A stretch of 64,000 nucleotides of DNA from an uncultured Thermoleophilia bacterium (GTDB taxonomy: Bacteria; Actinomycetota; Thermoleophilia; UBA2241), in the NCBI GenBank assembly GCA_963702475.1, contig CAVPCT010000003.1, positions 480,001 to 544,000 on the forward strand. The letters run 5' to 3'. Below, one piece after another: positions 60,696-64,000 of the stretch. Each line of letters opens with the position of its first letter. Position 1 is the stretch's first letter. Under the pieces are notes generated by a model. It did no database searches and was not told the DNA's origin. It was given only the letters and a program-made list of their open reading frames with translations. The position numbers and the translations under genes are program-made.

Positions 60696-62853
60696 TCAGG
60701 CCTCCTGAGGCGCCGGCTCGCAGGCGCCGTCGCCCACGGCCGGCGCGTCCGCGGTCTCTCCGTCCAGCTCCTCACGCGCCGCCCGCTTCGTCCAGCGCGG
60801 CCCCGGCCACCCGGCCTTCGGCCCGATCCACAGCGTCAGGCCGGGCACCAGCGCCGTGCGCACCAGGAACGTGTCGATGAGCACGCCGAGCGCCACGCCG
60901 ATGCTGATCTCGGCGAGGTCCTTGACCGGCTGCGAGAGCAGGATGAGGAAGGTGCCGGCGAGGATGATGCCGGCGCTGGTGAGCACCCCGCCGGTGGCCG
61001 CCAGCGCCTTCATCGTGCCGTCCTGAAGCCCGCGCAGCAGGGCCTCACCGCGGATGCGCGTGGTGATGAAGATGTTGTAGTCGCTCCCCAGGGCCACCAG
61101 GAAGATGAACATGTACAGCGGGATGCGGTAGCTGATCTCTCCCCAGCCCAGGATCTTCTCGGTGATGACGATGGTCGCGCCGAGGGCGGCGAGGTACGAG
61201 AGCACGTTGGTCAGGAGCAGGTAGAGCGGGGCGACAAGGGCGCGCAGCAGGAGCGCCAGGATGATGCCGACCACCACCAGGGCGATGGCGGCGACCACGA
61301 GCGTGTCGCGGTTGCTGATCTCCCACGTGTCGGCCTGGATGGCGGTGGGGCCGCCCACCAGAGCTTCGCCCCCTCCCTGGGCGGCCGCCTTGCGCGCCGT
61401 CTCCCGCAGTTGCCGCAGTTGCTGCAACGCCTCCTTGGAGTAGGGGTCACCCTCGAAGATCACCTGGAAGCCGAGAAGCCTGCCGTCGTCGGCCGTGCCG
61501 ATGGGGAAGGCCGCCGCCACGCCCGGGCTCTGGTTGAGCGCGCCGGTGATCATGCCGGCGACGAACTCAGGCGGCGCCTCCTCGGACTTGATCAGGACCG
61601 TGGTCGGCGCCAGCGCCCCCTTGGGGAAGTGCTTCTCGAGCAGGGTGAAGCCCTCCTTGGACGGCATGCTGGTGAGGAAGTCGTCGGTGAAGCTGAAGCG
61701 CGGGCTGTAGTAGAAGCACCCGAGGGCGAGCACGACGAGGATGGCCGCGACCAGCGGCGGCCGCGCGGCGGGGCGAGCGGACGACCCGCTCGGCGACCCG
61801 CTGCCAGGCGCCCTGCTTGCCCGCGTCACCCAGCCTGGGCACGCGCGGCCAGAAGGCGCGGCGTCCGAGCAGCGCGAGGATCGCCGGCATGAGCGTGAGG
61901 GCGGCGATGAGGGTGATGAAGACGCCGCCCCCCAGCACCGGCGCGAACGATGTGTAGTCGCCGTACTCCGCGAAGGCCAGGGTGAGCACGGCCAGCGTCA
62001 CCGTGAGGCCGCTGGCGGCGATGGCCTCCCACGTCTCCGCCAGCGCCGTGGCGAGTGCCGTGCGCGCGTCGGGTTCGTGGCGCAACTCCTCGCGGTAGCG
62101 GGAGATGAGGAGCAGGCCGTAGTCGGTGCCGGCACCGAACAGCAGGATCACCATGAGCGAGGTGGCCTGCCCCGAGAGCGTGTCGCCGAAGGCGTTGGCG
62201 CCGATGGCCAGCAGGCCGCCGGCCACGAAGTAGCCGAAGCCCACCGTGATGAGCGGCACGAACGGGAGCACCGGCGAGCGGTAGATGAGCAGGAGCAGCA
62301 CGAGGACGAGGATCACCGTCCCGATCAGCAGCTTGATGTCGGCGTTGAGAAAGATCTTGTACACGTCGGTGATGAGGCCGCCCGGACCGGTGACGCGGAC
62401 CTGCATGCCGCTCACGGAGTCGCCGAAGTGGTCGCGGATGGCCTGCACCGAGTCGCGGAACGACTCCTCGCCGGGGTTGCCGTCAAGGCTCGCGAACACC
62501 AGCGCCCCCCTGCCGTCCTCAGAGAACTGGACGCTGGCGCTGTTGACGGGCTCGGCGCCGCCGGTGAGCCAGGCCTCGCCTTCGCCGACGGCCGCCTTCT
62601 GCGCCTCGGTCAGTGGCGTGTCGGAGCTGTACACCACGATGATGGGCGTGCCCTTGGCGTCGGCGAACTTCTCCTGCTGCAGGGCGTCGGCGCGCTTGCT
62701 CTCCACCGTGGGGGCCAGGGACTTGGAGGCGTCGTTGCTGGTCACGCTCTGGATGGTCGGGCCCATGGAGAGTGCGCCGGCGATCGCGATCCAGACGGCG
62801 ATCACGATCCACGGGTGCCGGCCGCGCGTTGACCAGGTGATGATGTTTCGCAT
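60696..62853 (-). CDS. MMPL (RND-superfamily) transporter; apparent +1 frameshift near 61755
   Basis: VTGPGG, FGAGTDYGLLLISRYREEL; second half VGGPTA, ALGSDYNIF, TGGVLTSAG, DTFLVRT in ORF 60696-61829. Confidence 0.9.
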
Positions 62854-62867
62854 CGGGCGGGCGCGCC

Positions 62868-63311
62868 TCAGGACCCGTGCCGGCGGTCCGGTCCGTCATG
62901 CGGCGCGCGACTCGTGCGACGATCGGCCACCGATCTGCGAGCCAGGTCCACGCGCTCCTCCGGCACGAGGCAGGCGCGACCGCCGCGCCGGGCGTCGTTC
63001 TGCGCCTGTATGAGGAGCGTCACGAGGTCGTCGTCCGGCCCGAGAAGCCAGAGGCGCTCCTGCAGCACGCCGTCCTGACCCGGGCCGTCCACTTCTCTCC
63101 ACACGTCGCCGTCGTCCAGGAGCAGGTAGCGCACCTCGGCCGGCCGCTGGCGCGGGTCCTCGAGGAGCCACCCGCGCACTTCTCCGCCGGACGCACCGAA
63201 ATCCACCGAGCAGTTGGGGCTGAGACCGGCCAGGCGAAACGTCTTCAGGTGCTTCAGCACGATCTCTTTGAGCTTCGCCCGAGGGTACTTGGGCTGGTAC
63301 GGGTGCTCCAT
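62868..63311 (-). CDS. Hypothetical protein with C-terminal ADRR...GPDRR motif
   Basis: SD AAGGAGG before the ATG; host-like codon usage; directly upstream of the MMPL gene. Confidence 0.7.
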   Translation of the reverse strand: MEHPYQPKYPRAKLKEIVLKHLKTFRLAGLSPNCSVDFGASGGEVRGWLLEDPRQRPAEVRYLLLDDGDVWREVDGPGQDGVLQERLWLLGPDDDLVTLLIQAQNDARRGGRACLVPEERVDLARRSVADRRTSRAPHDGPDRRHGS

Positions 63312-63567
63312 CGTCCTCCTTCGCGGCGCCGGCGTCTATCGTAACCCGCCGGCCCGAGGCGATGAAGCATCTGGCTCGGCTCCCGCCTCACCCGGCAGAC
63401 TGTCCTCGCGGGAGTTCGAGGACCGGGTCGCGTCTTGGCGTCAATCGGGTACCATAGACCTACGTCAGGTCTCCAGGGGGTACGTTGGAGACCCACAGAG
63501 CAAGCACCGGCGGCCGCCCACGTTCCCATCACCAGCAAGGGCGGCGCTTTCCGGAAGGAGTGGCCTG

Positions 63568-64000
63568 ATGTTCGAACGCTTCACCGAACGCGCCAGGCAG
63601 GTCGTCGTCCTCGCGCAAGAAGAGGCGCGGGCGCTCAAGCACAACTACATCGGCACCGAGCACCTGCTCCTCGGCCTCCTGCGCGAGGAGGAGGGGGTCG
63701 CCGCCCGCGTACTCGACGGCCTCGAGGTGTCGGTGGAGGAGGTGCGGGCCGCCGTCGTGCGCATCGTCGGCTCCGGCGAGGAGTCGCCGCAGGGCCAGAT
63801 CCCGTTCACACCACGGGCCAAGAAGGTCCTCGAACTGGCGCTTCGTGAGGCCCTCAGCCTCGGCCACAACTACATAGGCACCGAGCACATCCTGCTCGGC
63901 CTCGTGCGCGAGGACGAGGGCGTCGCGGCGCGCATCCTGCTCGACCTCGACGCCGAGCCCGAGAAGATCCGCAATGAGGTCATGCGCACGCTCAGCGGTC
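63568..64000 (+). CDS. clpC: ATP-dependent Clp protease ATPase ClpC, N-terminal part (runs off the window)
   Basis: MFERFTERARQVVVLAQEEAR.LKHNYIGTEHLLLGL...IPFTPRAKKVLELALREA; SD AAGGAG. Confidence 0.95.
   Translation, partial: MFERFTERARQVVVLAQEEARALKHNYIGTEHLLLGLLREEEGVAARVLDGLEVSVEEVRAAVVRIVGSGEESPQGQIPFTPRAKKVLELALREALSLGHNYIGTEHILLGLVREDEGVAARILLDLDAEPEKIRNEVMRTLSG

Overview
GC-rich bacterial chromosomal segment, most likely from an anaerobic, deep-branching actinobacterium (Thermoleophilia-like). This is inferred from GC content, many leaderless genes, CIRCE-controlled groES-groEL and the tilS-hpt-ftsH-folEPBK-nadBC-coaX-dusB-greA-lysS...clpC gene order. The housekeeping blocks (pan, tsaEB-rimI-tsaD, groESL, tRNA-fMet, tilS-lysS, clpC) flank two accessory regions. 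(1) A ~23 kb co-oriented catabolic island (17.9-40.9 kb) couples a peptide-type ABC importer and four unusual amide hydrolases (NylB-like, DmpA, C45, D-aminoacylase) to a non-pyrrolysine MttB methyltransferase, an AcsE-like corrinoid:THF methyltransferase, ALDH, alanine dehydrogenase and a tungsten-type AOR. (2) A 3.4 kb toxin-antitoxin/Mrr patch after lysS, whose spacers look like decayed integron attC sites. Other points: an HPS-RraA fusion inside a pan operon lacking panB; a family-4 UDG with a Pro-rich tail ending in a beta-clamp motif; an internally deleted acetolactate synthase; a tandem-cNMP protein next to a hydrolase-cyclase gene; a second CIRCE-like site; and a REP-like repeat pair. 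Four genes (SBP, tilS, ftsH, MMPL) carry small-insertion frameshifts that are probably sequencing errors. All assignments come from motif recognition by eye; no database search was run.
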